From contig CAVSBT010000015.1 in the NCBI GenBank assembly GCA_963726245.1, forward strand, positions 192,001 to 256,000: a stretch of 64,000 nt of DNA. Reading direction: 5' to 3'. The DNA is from an uncultured Chloroflexia bacterium. GTDB taxonomy: Bacteria; Chloroflexota; Dehalococcoidia; DSTF01; JALHUB01. Both the position numbers and the translations under genes were made by a program. The notes under the pieces were generated by a model that worked only from the letters and a program-made list of their open reading frames with translations, searched no databases and had not been told where the DNA came from. Below, in pieces: positions 1 through 9,813 of the stretch; position 1 is the first letter of the stretch, and each line of letters begins with the position of its first letter.

Positions 1-708
1 ATCATCGCCCAGAACGATGAGTTCGGCTCGGAGGGTGAGGAGGGACTCCGCGAGGGTGTCAAGGACGCCAACATGGACATCGTCGTTGAGACTTACGAGG
101 AGACCCAGAACGACCTCGTCGGCCAGGTGCAGCGGTTGAAGAACGAGAACGTGGACGTCATCGCTGCTTATGCCATGCCCATTCAGGTGGCCAGCGCGAT
201 CAAAGGTGCGCACGAGACGCTGGGCTGGAACGTGCCCATCGTGATCACCGGCGTCGACGCCGTCGAAGTCGTGGGCGCGCTCGCCGGCCCGGACAACATC
301 GAGGGTACGGTCAGCGTGGTCTATGGCCATCAGGCCTTTGAGAAAGACAATGCAGGCGTGGCCAACCACTGGGACATCATGGCAAAGTATGCGCCGGGGG
401 TGAAGCCTACCAACCTCACCCTGACGGGTGCCTCCATCGCCGAGGGCATGACGAACATCCTGCGAAACGCCGGCCGGGATCTCACCCGCGAGAAGTTCCT
501 CGATGCAGCCGAGTCAACCTGCAAGTGGGAGGCCCCTGCAGGCCTCGCCCCATCGAGCATGAGCCCGACCGACCATCGCCCCATCGAGGTGGAGGAGTAC
601 GTGCGGGCGACAACGGACAAGTCGACAAACCCGCCGGCGTTCGCGTGGAAGCCGTTCGGCGACCTTATCAACTTCGAGAGCACTAAGGATTGCACCGCGC
701 CGCAATAG
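1..708 (+). CDS. Branched-chain amino acid (LivJ/LivK-like) ABC substrate-binding protein, 5'-truncated by window edge
   Basis: Frame open from base 1 (IIAQNDEFG...); close paralog of the C-terminal half of 742..2028. Confidence 0.85.
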   Translation: MIAQNDEFGSEGEEGLREGVKDANMDIVVETYEETQNDLVGQVQRLKNENVDVIAAYAMPIQVASAIKGAHETLGWNVPIVITGVDAVEVVGALAGPDNIEGTVSVVYGHQAFEKDNAGVANHWDIMAKYAPGVKPTNLTLTGASIAEGMTNILRNAGRDLTREKFLDAAESTCKWEAPAGLAPSSMSPTDHRPIEVEEYVRATTDKSTNPPAFAWKPFGDLINFESTKDCTAPQ

Positions 709-741
709 AGAGGGGCGATCGAGCCAGTGCAGGGGGGTGCC

Positions 742-2028
742 ATGGCGCGAATTCGTGTCGGGCGGTGGCTAATGGTCTTGGTCCCGCTGCTGGCGGCCGT
801 GCTGGCGATGCCGGCCTGCGGCGGAGGCGGAGGGGGCAATGGAGGTGGTGAGGAGACACCGCGGGCAACAAACGTCCCAGGAGTCACCGATACAGAGATC
901 CTCCTCGGTTCTCATCTGCCTCTGAGCGGGTACGCCGCCGCGTGGGGAGTCGACATCAAGGCAGGGATGGATGCCTACTTCGCCTATGTGAACGACCAGG
1001 GAGGCGTGAACGGCCGCAAGATCAGGCTCATCGTCTATGACGATGCGTACAGCGGGCCCCTGGCGGCTGAGGTGGTGCGGAAGCTGGTGGAGCAGGACAA
1101 GGTCTTCGCCATCATGGGAGGCCTGGGCTCGGCGGCGCACAGCGGGGTCTGGAAGTACCTGGAAGCCAACGGCGTCCCCGACATGTTCATCCTCGCCGGC
1201 GACTCGAAGTGGACCGACCCGGTAGTGAAGACGCGCTTTGCCGGCCTGGTGGACTACACCGACGAGGGTAGGATCCTGGGCCAGTACATCGCGGACAACT
1301 TTCCGGGCAAGAAGCTGGGCATCATCGCCCAGAACGATGAGTTCGGGCAGGAGGGCGAGAAGGGCGTTCGCGAGGGTGTCAAGGACGCCGGCATGCAGAT
1401 CGTCACTGAGTACTACGAGGAGTCGCAGGGCGATCTTATTGCCCAGGTGCAGCGGCTGAAGAACGAGAACGTGGACGTGATCGCCGCCTACACGATGCCC
1501 ATTCAGGCAGCGAGCGTGATCAAGGGCGCGCACGAGACCCTGAACTGGAACGTGCCCGTCGTGGTTACCGGCGTCAACGCCGTTGAGGTCGTGGCCGTGC
1601 TCGCCGGCATGGACAACATCGAGGGCACAGTCAGCGTGGTCCCTGGTCATCAGATCTTCGAGAAGGACGTGCCGGATATCGCCAGGCACTGGGAGATCAT
1701 GGCCAAGTACGCGCCGTCAGTGAAGCCCACCAACCTGACGCTGGTGGGCGCCACCATCGCCGCGGGCATGACGAACTTTCTGCAGGACGCCGGCCCGGAC
1801 CTCACCCGCGAGAAGTTCCTTGATGCGGCCGAGTCTATGTGCGATTACATGACCACCGGCGCTTACGCGCCGTCAAGCATGAGCCCTACCGACCATCGCC
1901 CCATTGAGGTGGAGATGTATGTGCGGGCCACCGTGGACCGCTCCACGGACCCGCCGTCCTTCCGCTGGCAGCCCTTCGGCGAGCCTCACGGCTTCGAGAC
2001 CACGAAGGAGTGCTCTAAGAAGGAATAG
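742..2028 (+). CDS. Branched-chain amino acid-type ABC substrate-binding lipoprotein
   Basis: Signal peptide ending in a lipobox-like LAMPAC; GVTDTEILLG, GGVNGRKIRL and DDAYS motifs of periplasmic binding protein type 1. Confidence 0.9.
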   Translation: MARIRVGRWLMVLVPLLAAVLAMPACGGGGGGNGGGEETPRATNVPGVTDTEILLGSHLPLSGYAAAWGVDIKAGMDAYFAYVNDQGGVNGRKIRLIVYDDAYSGPLAAEVVRKLVEQDKVFAIMGGLGSAAHSGVWKYLEANGVPDMFILAGDSKWTDPVVKTRFAGLVDYTDEGRILGQYIADNFPGKKLGIIAQNDEFGQEGEKGVREGVKDAGMQIVTEYYEESQGDLIAQVQRLKNENVDVIAAYTMPIQAASVIKGAHETLNWNVPVVVTGVNAVEVVAVLAGMDNIEGTVSVVPGHQIFEKDVPDIARHWEIMAKYAPSVKPTNLTLVGATIAAGMTNFLQDAGPDLTREKFLDAAESMCDYMTTGAYAPSSMSPTDHRPIEVEMYVRATVDRSTDPPSFRWQPFGEPHGFETTKECSKKE

Positions 2029-2050
2029 AGGGGGTAGGTTGCAGTTGTCA

Positions 2051-2080
2051 GAAGGGGCCGGTCGAAGCACCGGCCCCTTC
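2051..2080. terminator. Intrinsic terminator-like hairpin between SBP gene and convergent tRNA
   Basis: gaaggggccggt-cgaagc-accggccccttc, perfect 12-bp stem. Confidence 0.7.
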
Positions 2081-2100
2081 CATCTGCGCGCTCTTCACGG

Positions 2101-2178
2101 TGGTCGGGGTGGGCCGACTTGAACGGCCGACCTCCTGGTCCCAAACCAGGCGCTCTAGCCAGACTGAGCTACACCCCG
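2101..2178 (-). tRNA. tRNA-Pro (anticodon TGG)
   Basis: Reverse complement cggggtgtagctcag...cctggtTTGGGaccagg...gttcaagtc...caccccgaCCA; cloverleaf with encoded CCA. Confidence 0.97.
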
Positions 2179-2241
2179 ATCGCTCCTAGCCTATAGGCAG
2201 CATAGGGCGCCGTCAACAGCGCCCCGCCGTTTCACCCACCC

Positions 2242-2322
2242 GTGGAAGGCTAAAGCCTTCCGCTACATGGTGCGCTTCCGGCGCCCGTGATCCACCCGTA
2301 GCGGAGGGCGTCAGCCCTCCAC
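2242..2322. repeat. Pair of GTAG-foot REP-like palindromes
   Basis: gtggaaggctaaagccttccgctac and gtagcggagggcgtcagccctccac; same family as 17410-17512 and 55189-55213. Confidence 0.75.
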
Positions 2323-2497
2323 CGGATTCGTGACGGTCCGCGCGGTCCGCCCGTTAGGTCGCCGGTTCCGCCTCCTCGAGGCAAGAAGGAACTCTTCGAC
2401 CTTCCCGGCCCCAACGACGACGAGATGGAGCAGATGAGGGAGGCGATACGACTGGCGGCGGAGCGTTAGCCTTGGGTGTTCTCAGAGGGCGGAGGGG

Positions 2498-2710
2498 TCA
2501 TCGCGGAGCCATGGTCTTGCCTGGCACGAGCCCCGCCCGCTGCGGTCGTTCGGCCGATCGGTGGCATGTCCGACAACGGCCAGCCGGGTCCGCTGCCAAC
2601 TCATAGTGCCCCAGCCCGATGAGTATGCGGCAATCCGGGCAGCGCTGATGGTTCCCGACTAGGCCTCCGCAGATGAGGCAGTTGGGTTCGTCGCTCGTTG
2701 GCGGTCTCGT
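2498..2710 (-). pseudogene. Small triple-CxxC zinc-binding ORF lacking a canonical start (ACG after GGAGGA)
   Basis: Manual translation TRPPTSDEPNCLICGGLVGNHQRCPDCRILIGLGHYELAADPAGRCRTCHRS...; absent from the ORF track. Confidence 0.45.
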
Positions 2711-2790
2711 TTCTCCTCCGCCGCCTGGCGGTGGGCCACGGTAGGAAAGGCCAGGGGCACTACCATTCTAACATAGCAGGCCCGCTCCCT

Positions 2791-4696
2791 TTAGGTCGCT
2801 GCTGATTCCGGCTCCTCCGCCCTCTCGTCGAAGCGGAAGCTGATCTCCCAGGCGTTCTCCTCGTACTTGCTGCGGATGAGGTAGCCTGTCTCTGGAAGAG
2901 GCGGAGCATGCGGCGGTTGTCGCTCAGCACCAGGGCGGTGAAGCCTTCGATGCCGTTGATGATGGCAATGCGGATGAGGTACTGGAGGAGGAACCTGCCC
3001 AGGCCGCGGCCCTGCCACTGGTCCCGGACGGCGAAGGCGGCCTCGGCCAGGTTGGTGGCGGGGTCGCGCTCGTAGCGGGCCACGGCGATGATCTGCTCGC
3101 GATCCTCCTGTCGCAGGACGGCCACCAGCGCCATGCGGTCCCGGTAGTCGACGACGACGAAGTGCTGGGCTTCGAGCCGGGGCATGCGCTTCAGGGGCCG
3201 GAAGAAGCGGTGGTAGATCGCGTCCTCGGAGAGCGAGTAGAAGAACTCCAGCCAGAGGTCGTCGTCGGTGGGCTTGATGGGGCGCACCAGGACCGTCTCG
3301 CCGCTGGTCAGGGTGAAGGTGGTCTCCAGGTCCTGCGGGTAGACGCCGGCGCCCGCGGGCGGGATCTCCTGGTCCTGGAGGACGTAGCGCCGCTCCTTGG
3401 CGAAGGCCAGAAGGTCGTGGCGGTAGTCCGGGTGGGCGATGCCGATGAGAGCCATCGCCCGCTGGCGGGCGTTGCGGCCGTAGAGGTCGGCCACGCCGTA
3501 CTCGGTCACGACGTAGTGGACGTCACCCCGGCTCGTGACGACGCCCGCGCCCGGCTTCAGCTGAGAGACGATGCGGGAGATGGTCCCCTCCTCGGCCGTC
3601 GAAGGCAGCGCGATGATGGGCCGGCCGCCCTTGGAGCGGGACGGCGCCCCGGATGAAGTCCACCTGTCCGCCGATGCCGCTGTAGAAGAGGTGCCCGAGG
3701 GAATCGGAGCAGACCTGCCCCGTCAGATCGACCTCGATGGCGGCGTTGATGGCCACCATCCGCTCGTTCTGGGCAACGACGAAGGGGTCGTTCACGTATT
3801 CGTTGGGGTGCAGCTCCACCAGCGGGTTGTCGTCCACGAAGTCGTAGAGGCGCTGCGTGCCCATGACGAAGCTGGCGATGATCTTGCCCCGGTGCAGGGT
3901 CTTGCGGGAGTTGTTGATGACGCCGGACTGGATGAGGGGCAGGGTGCCGTCGGACAGCATCTCGGTGTGCAGGCCGAGGTCGTGCTTGTCGGCGAGGCAT
4001 CTCCAGGATGGCGTCGGGGATGGAGCCGATGCCGATCTGGAGGGTGGCGCCGTCCTCCACCAGGGAGCCGACCCAGCGGCCGATGGCGCGCGACACGTCG
4101 TCGGGCGGCGGGTGGGTGACCTCCGGCAGCGGCGAGTCGTGCTCCACCATGGCGTCGATGGCGTCGGCGGCGATGAAGCTGTCGCCCAGGGTGCGCGGCA
4201 TGCGGGGGTTGACCTCGGCGATGATCACGCGGGCGCACTCGACCGCCGGCTTCACAATGTCGACGGAGACACCGAGGCTACAGAAGCCGTGCTCGTCGGG
4301 GGGCGTCACCTGGATGAGGGCCACGTCGATGGGGACGCGCCCGCTGCGGAACAGGCGGGGCACCTCGGAGAGGAAGATGGGCGTGTAGTCCGCCTCGCCG
4401 GCGGCGACGCCCTCGCGCACGTTGGGCCCGACGAAGAAGGCGTTGTGGCGGAAGGACTCCTTCACCGGGGGCAGGGCGTAGGGCGCGATGCCCAGCGTCA
4501 TGATGTGGATCACCTGGGCGGCGTGCAACTGCTCGGCGCGGGCCGTGAGCCGCTCCACCAGGAACTGGGGCGCCGCGGCGCCGGAGCCCACGAAGATGTG
4601 CTGGCCGCTGCGCACGACGCGAAGGGCTTCGTCGGCGTAACGGAGCTTGTCGGCGTAGCGTTCGCGCCAGTCTGGGTCGTAGGACGACTTGGTCAT
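2791..4696 (-). CDS. Acetyl-CoA hydrolase/4-hydroxybutyrate CoA-transferase fused to a C-terminal GNAT domain (several frameshifts)
   Basis: Pieces 3557..4696, 3523..3960, 2760..3509 and 2791..3018 give LQIGIGSIPDA, SGIGGQVDF, TEYGVADL, then GNAT EAAFAVRDQWQGRGLG. Confidence 0.85.
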
Positions 4697-4728
4697 GTGG
4701 GCACTCCTGGGTTCTCTTCCCGAAGCTC

Positions 4729-5529
4729 TTAGCGCGGGTACTTACTGAAGTCGGGCTCGCGGCGCTCCTTGAAGGCGTTCTTGCCCTCATCGGCCTCGCC
4801 GGTGCGGAAGAAGTCGGGCGCGATCTCCTGCACCCAGTTGCGGCCGCTGGTCTCGCGCAGGGGCTCGTACTCAGCCAGAAACGAGGCCTTGAGGATCTTG
4901 AGGCAGCTAGGGCTCTTGGCCATCAGCTCGCGGCACCACTTGTCGACCTCGTCGTCCAGCTTGTCATAAGGGACGACGGCATTGACCAGGCCCATCTGAA
5001 GGGCCTCCTGTGCCGAGTAGCGGCGGCAGAGCATCCACATCTCGCGCGCCTTCTTGGCGCCTACCACGTGCACGAGGTAGTTGACCCAGTGTCCGGAGGC
5101 CGGACTGCCGATCCGTGGGCCTACCTGCGAGAACTGGGCATGCTCGGCGGCGATGGTGAAGTCGGCGTGGTAGGCCATGTGGTTGCCCCCGCCGATGGAG
5201 TAGCCGTTGACGCGGGCGATGACCGGCTTCAGGCACTCCTCGATGCCGGCGTGGGGGTCGAGCCCGCCCGCCGCCGAGCCGCCCTCCTGCTGCGCCTCCT
5301 GGAGCCATTTGACGTCGCCGCCGGCGCAGAAGGCGCGCTCCCCGGCGCCGGTCATAACGATGACGCCCACGGAGGTGTCGGCGCAGGCGTCGTCCACCGC
5401 CTGCCTCATCTCCCGCAGGGTATCGCCGGTGAAGGAGTTCATGACTTCGGGCCGGTTGATGGTGATCCAGGCGGCGCCCTGAACCCGGTGGTGCTTCTGG
5501 TAGATGATGTCTTTGAAGTCGAGGGGCAT
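4729..5529 (-). CDS. Crotonase-family hydrolase, MenB/BadI-like
   Basis: WITINRPEVMNSF, AFCAGGD, VNGYSIGGG, KKAREMWMLCRRY motifs typical of the naphthoate synthase/2-ketocyclohexanecarboxyl-CoA hydrolase subfamily. Confidence 0.8.
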   Translation of the reverse strand: MPLDFKDIIYQKHHRVQGAAWITINRPEVMNSFTGDTLREMRQAVDDACADTSVGVIVMTGAGERAFCAGGDVKWLQEAQQEGGSAAGGLDPHAGIEECLKPVIARVNGYSIGGGNHMAYHADFTIAAEHAQFSQVGPRIGSPASGHWVNYLVHVVGAKKAREMWMLCRRYSAQEALQMGLVNAVVPYDKLDDEVDKWCRELMAKSPSCLKILKASFLAEYEPLRETSGRNWVQEIAPDFFRTGEADEGKNAFKERREPDFSKYPR

Positions 5530-5580
5530 GCTGAGACCTCCGTGTCCTTGTTCGGCTGTTCTCCGAAGCGGTTCGTCTTC

Positions 5581-5634
5581 CGAAGGCCGGCCTTCCAGGC
5601 CGGCGGGGACGCGCCAGGCTGAAGCCTGGCTTCG
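5581..5634. repeat. Inverted REP-like doublet
   Basis: cgaaggccggccttccaggccggc ... gccaggctgaagcctggcttcg; the ggctgaagcc core matches the other REP-like copies. Confidence 0.5.
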
Positions 5635-5635
5635 A

Positions 5636-6559
5636 TCATCTGATGGCGGCGCCGATGATATCGTGCACGTCTTCCACCCCTTGCTCTTCTAGGAAGCGCT
5701 GGATGCCTTGTAGAACCTCCAGGGGAGCCAGAGGATTGGAGAAGGTGGCAGTGCCTACCTGGACGGCGCTGGCACCCGCCATCAGGAACTCGACGGCGTC
5801 CAGGCCGCTGCCGATGCCGCCGCAGCCGATGACAGGGATATCGACCGCTGCCGCCACCTGGTAGACCATGCGCAGGGCTATAGGCTTGATGGCCGGGCCG
5901 GAAAGGCCGGCGAAGACGCTGGAGATGACGGGCCGCCGCGAACGGACATCGATCGCCATGCCCTGGACGGTGTTGATCACGGTGACGGCGTCGGCGCCGG
6001 CCTCGGCCACAGCGCGGCCCACGGCGGCGATGTCGGTGACGTTGGGCGTGAGCTTGACGATAACGGGCAGTGTGGTCTGGCGCAGGGCGGCGCTGGTGAC
6101 GGCGGCGGCCAGGCCGGGGTCCTGGCCGAACTCCATGCCCCCTCTGGCCACGTTGGGGCAACTGATGTTCAGCTCCAGGCCGCTGATGCCGGGCACGCCG
6201 TCCAGCCTGGCCGCCAGCTCGCCGTACTCGTCCACGCTGTCGCCGGAAACGTTGACGATGACGGGGACTCGCCAAGTGGCCCATACGGGGGCTATGTCGC
6301 GGATGAGAGCTTCGACGCCAACGTTCTGAAGGCCGATGGCGTTGAGCATGCCGCAAGGCGTCTCAACGGTCCGAGGCTGGCGATGGCCGGAACGCGGCCG
6401 GAGAGTGGTGGCCTTGCTGACGATGGCGCCTAGCTTCTGGACATCGAAGACCTTTGCGAACTCCAGACCGTTCGCGAAGGTACCGGAAGCGGTCATCACG
6501 GGGTTGGCCAGCAGCAGCCCCCGCTTGCGTCGGGGTGCCAGCTCTACCGAGAGGTTCAC
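5636..6559 (-). CDS. pyrD: Dihydroorotate dehydrogenase family 1B catalytic subunit
   Basis: NPVMTASGTF, MLNAIGLQN, ELNISCPN, KLTPNVTDI, GLSGPAIKP. Confidence 0.95.
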   Translation of the reverse strand: MNLSVELAPRRKRGLLLANPVMTASGTFANGLEFAKVFDVQKLGAIVSKATTLRPRSGHRQPRTVETPCGMLNAIGLQNVGVEALIRDIAPVWATWRVPVIVNVSGDSVDEYGELAARLDGVPGISGLELNISCPNVARGGMEFGQDPGLAAAVTSAALRQTTLPVIVKLTPNVTDIAAVGRAVAEAGADAVTVINTVQGMAIDVRSRRPVISSVFAGLSGPAIKPIALRMVYQVAAAVDIPVIGCGGIGSGLDAVEFLMAGASAVQVGTATFSNPLAPLEVLQGIQRFLEEQGVEDVHDIIGAAIR

Positions 6560-6629
6560 TGTTCGTCCTTCTGGAAGCCAGGCGATGTGGGGTCATTATA
6601 GGCTTCGCCTGGGGGCCTGTCGAGGGAAA

Positions 6630-6668
6630 CAAGACAGAGGGGCGGCTCGTTGGAGCCGCCCCCCTGTT
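6630..6668 (-). terminator. Intrinsic terminator after small hypothetical gene
   Basis: Minus-strand ggggcggctc-caac-gagccgcccc followed by tctgtcttgttt. Confidence 0.65.
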
Positions 6669-6698
6669 TAGGCGCGGAAGGCAGTGAGTAGGCGGGCC

Positions 6699-6980
6699 TC
6701 AGAAGCCTTCTTGGTCCTCTATGGAAGAGCGCGTTACGCTGTACGTTGTCACCGGATCGGCCTGGGCGGTGGGGACACTCGGCCCCTCCCAGAACGCGTC
6801 CGGAGAAGAATTGCTGAACTCGCGCTGGGACCCGCAGAGCTTGCACATGCCCCAGCTAGTTGCCCCTTGAGGGCTTTCAATGAGCCAGTGGTGCCGGCAC
6901 TCCGACACCGCCGGCGCTTCGGGCGCTGATACCTGTGTTGCCGGTGCTTCCCGTTCCTGAACCGCTGTTGCCGGTGTCAT
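6699..6980 (-). CDS. Small hypothetical protein with CxHHW...CxxC metal-binding motif
   Basis: CRHHWLIESPQGATSWGMCKLCG; purine-rich RBS upstream and a terminator downstream. Confidence 0.7.
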   Translation of the reverse strand: MTPATAVQEREAPATQVSAPEAPAVSECRHHWLIESPQGATSWGMCKLCGSQREFSNSSPDAFWEGPSVPTAQADPVTTYSVTRSSIEDQEGF

Positions 6981-7388
6981 TTCTCCAGTCCCTCCCTTCT
7001 TGCTGGAGCCAGACGACGCCTCGCGTCGAACGATAGAATACCAGAGGTGTGCACGCGTGTCAAGCTTTTCGCGCTAAAAAGGCTACATAGCCACCACCAG
7101 CTTGCCTGCGTCATCTGAGGCCCCTTATAATTACCAGTGGAGGCCTGTGTACGAGGTCTCGTGCTGACTGGTGGAAGTGCTTCGCGATCGGCTTGCAAGT
7201 CGCCCTCCATGATTGGAGTCTTGGTGCGAAACCTATAATATGCGGCGATTGTTTTGCTAATATGAAGTTGAGATGGAAGAGTGTGAAGGAAACGTGAACA
7301 TAGCGCCATATGATTGGGCTTCGGCCTGCCATACGCGGGTATTTGGAGCAGTGCCTCTCGGGGCGCGGCTTGGATGGGAAGGTTGAGC

Positions 7389-8501
7389 ATGGCAGAGCCC
7401 AGCGAACAGGAGATCCTGGCCGCCTTGAGTAAGGTGCAGGACCCCGAACTGCACCGCGACATCGTATCCCTGAACATGGTGCGAGACGTAAAGATCGACG
7501 GAGGCCGCGTCTCGCTGAAGATCGTCCTCACCACGCCTGCCTGCCCCCTCAGCGGCCCCATCAAGGAAGAGGTCGAGAAAGCGCTGATGGCCCTGGCCGG
7601 CGTAGCGTCGGTGGATGTCGCCATCGACGCCGAGGTGAGGGCGCACCAGGCCATGGGCGGCCCCAAGGCCGTGCCCGGCGTGCGCAATATCATCGCCATC
7701 GCCAGCAACAAGGGCGGCGTCGGCAAGACCACCGTCGCTGTCAACCTGGCTGTCGCCCTGGCCAAACGGGGCGCCCGCGTCGGGCTGCTGGACGCCGACG
7801 TCACGGGCCCCAACGTCCCCATCATGATGGGATTGACGGACGGCTTCATGGGCGAATCCGATCGCGGACTGGAGCCCGTGGAGCGTCACGGTGTTCGGCT
7901 GTGCTCGATAGGGTTTGTGCTGCCGAAAGGTTCTGCGGTAATATGGCGCGGGCCTATGGTGGGCTCTGCGGTCCGCCAGCTCATACACGACATTCCCTGG
8001 GGGGAACTGGACTACCTGCTTATCGACCTGCCGCCGGGCACCAGCGACGCCTCGTTGAGCATGGCCCAGGAAGCGCCGATTGCCGGGGTAGTCATCGTGA
8101 GCACGCCTCAGGCCGTGTCCCTGGAGGACGCCACGAAGGCGGTCTCCATGTTCGACAAGCTCAAGGTGCCCGTCTTCGGGCTGGTGGAGAACATGAGCTA
8201 CTTCGTCTGCCCTCACTGCGGAGAGCGGACGGATATCTTCGGACACGGGGGAGCTCGGGCCGCGGCCGATGAGCTGGGCTTGGAGTTCCTGGGTGAGGTT
8301 CCGCTGGATACTCAGACCAGGGCGGGCGGAGACGAAGGCATGCCAATCACCGAGTCGCAGCCGGACTCGGCTCAGGCTCAGGCCTTTATGGCTCTGGCCG
8401 AGAAGGTTGCCGCCCGTTGCAGTGTGCTGGCGTTCACGGAAGACGCGGACGCCCAGATGGGCGCGCTTCCGGGCGCTGCCGCCGCGGGAGGTGTTGGCTA
8501 G
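7389..8501 (+). CDS. mrp: Mrp/NBP35 (ApbC) Fe-S cluster carrier ATPase with N-terminal SUF/DUF59-like domain
   Basis: VQDPELHRDIV, LTTPACP, KGGVGKTT, DLPPGTSD, ENMSYFVCPHC. Confidence 0.92.
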   Translation: MAEPSEQEILAALSKVQDPELHRDIVSLNMVRDVKIDGGRVSLKIVLTTPACPLSGPIKEEVEKALMALAGVASVDVAIDAEVRAHQAMGGPKAVPGVRNIIAIASNKGGVGKTTVAVNLAVALAKRGARVGLLDADVTGPNVPIMMGLTDGFMGESDRGLEPVERHGVRLCSIGFVLPKGSAVIWRGPMVGSAVRQLIHDIPWGELDYLLIDLPPGTSDASLSMAQEAPIAGVVIVSTPQAVSLEDATKAVSMFDKLKVPVFGLVENMSYFVCPHCGERTDIFGHGGARAAADELGLEFLGEVPLDTQTRAGGDEGMPITESQPDSAQAQAFMALAEKVAARCSVLAFTEDADAQMGALPGAAAAGGVG

Positions 8502-8503
8502 CC

Positions 8504-9718
8504 GTGGCGCCGCCTTTCTTCAGCCGCCGACGCAAGGAGGAACCCACGGAAAGTCCACGGGTCGATGAGCCTGCCCCCCCCGCCGCTACGACGCCCCAGC
8601 GCCCGCCGGAACAACAGCCGGGTCCCCGCCGCCAGTCCGATGGCCGTTCCCCGCGCGCCCCGCGCCGGCCCCCTTCCAGGGGCGGAAGGGCGCGCCTCCT
8701 CGTGTAGAGCCCGAGCTGGAATCGTTTATCCAGGAGGAGGCGGCCCGAACGGGTGCGAATACGCGGCCGCGGGAGACCCCGCGGACCCATCAGCCGGAGT
8801 GGGAGAAGCCCAGCACCGCGCCGCCGGAGCCTGCCCCAGCGCGCCCACTACCACACGGAGACGCCGCCGGGGCGGTCGCCCCAAGCCCGTCGAGGCGGCC
8901 GTTCCGCTGCCCTCACCGGAACCTCCTGCTGCGCCGCCTCCCCCTGCCACGCCGGCGCGGCGTCGGCGGCGCGGCGGCGGCAGGCAGACCGAGGCACAGG
9001 CGGGGACGCCCGAGTGGCGCCTGCAGGCACGGTCGCGGTCGAAGTGCCGAGCCAGGTGCCGGCGGGCGACCTGCCGGGGCTCCTCGCCCGTCAGGGGGCG
9101 GTCGTGGAGGCCTATGCCGCGGAGCAGCTACGGGTCCTCCAGGGCATGCACAGGTCGTTGGGATCCCTGGAGGCGCGACTGGGCTCTGCCTTGGGTCGGG
9201 GTGTCGCCGAGCAGGGCGGAGTGGCTCTGCCACGCGTCGGGATCTTCGTCGACGTGCCCAACGTCATGTACGCCGCCGAGCGACGCGGCATCAGCATCGA
9301 CTTCGGCCGCCTGCTGAGCTTCCTCTCCCGTAACCGGGAGCTTGTGCGGGCCAGCGCCTACGCGCCTATCAGCGACGATCCCCAGGTGCCCCTGGCGGGC
9401 CAGAAGTTCGTCCAGCCCTTCGTCGACCTCGGCTACCGCATCGTCACCAAGCCCCTCAAGCGCTTCGCCGACGGCAGCATCAAGGCCAACTTCGACGTGG
9501 AGCTGGCGATCGACATCCTCACCATGTCCGACCGTCTGGACGTAGTGAGCCTCGTCTCCGGCGACGGCGACTTCCGCCGCCTCGTGGAGCTGGTAGCCAG
9601 CAAGGGCGTGCGCGTGGAGGTGGTCGCCTTCGCCGAGAGCACCTCTGCCGACCTTCGCGCCGTGGCTGACGAGTACGTCGATCTCGGCGCCAACCTGCCG
9701 GAGTTCCAGGCCCGCTAG
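8504..9718 (+). CDS. NYN (LabA/DUF88) domain protein with long Pro/Arg-rich N-terminus (frameshifted)
   Basis: IFVDVPNV, KANFDVELAID, LVSGDGDF in the C-terminal part; the N-terminus is spread over three frames, so the start is approximate. Confidence 0.75.
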
Positions 9719-9740
9719 GCAGAGACGTCCGACAAACACT

Positions 9741-9813
9741 GTAGGGGCGCAGCATGCTGCGCCCCTACGGGTATCGGGCCTTGTTGTAGGGGCAGTTCGC
9801 GAACCGCCCCTAC
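9741..9813. repeat. Two GTAGGGGC...GCCCCTAC REP-like palindromes
   Basis: gtaggggcgcagcatgctgcgcccctac and gtaggggcagttcgcgaaccgcccctac between convergent genes. Confidence 0.8.
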
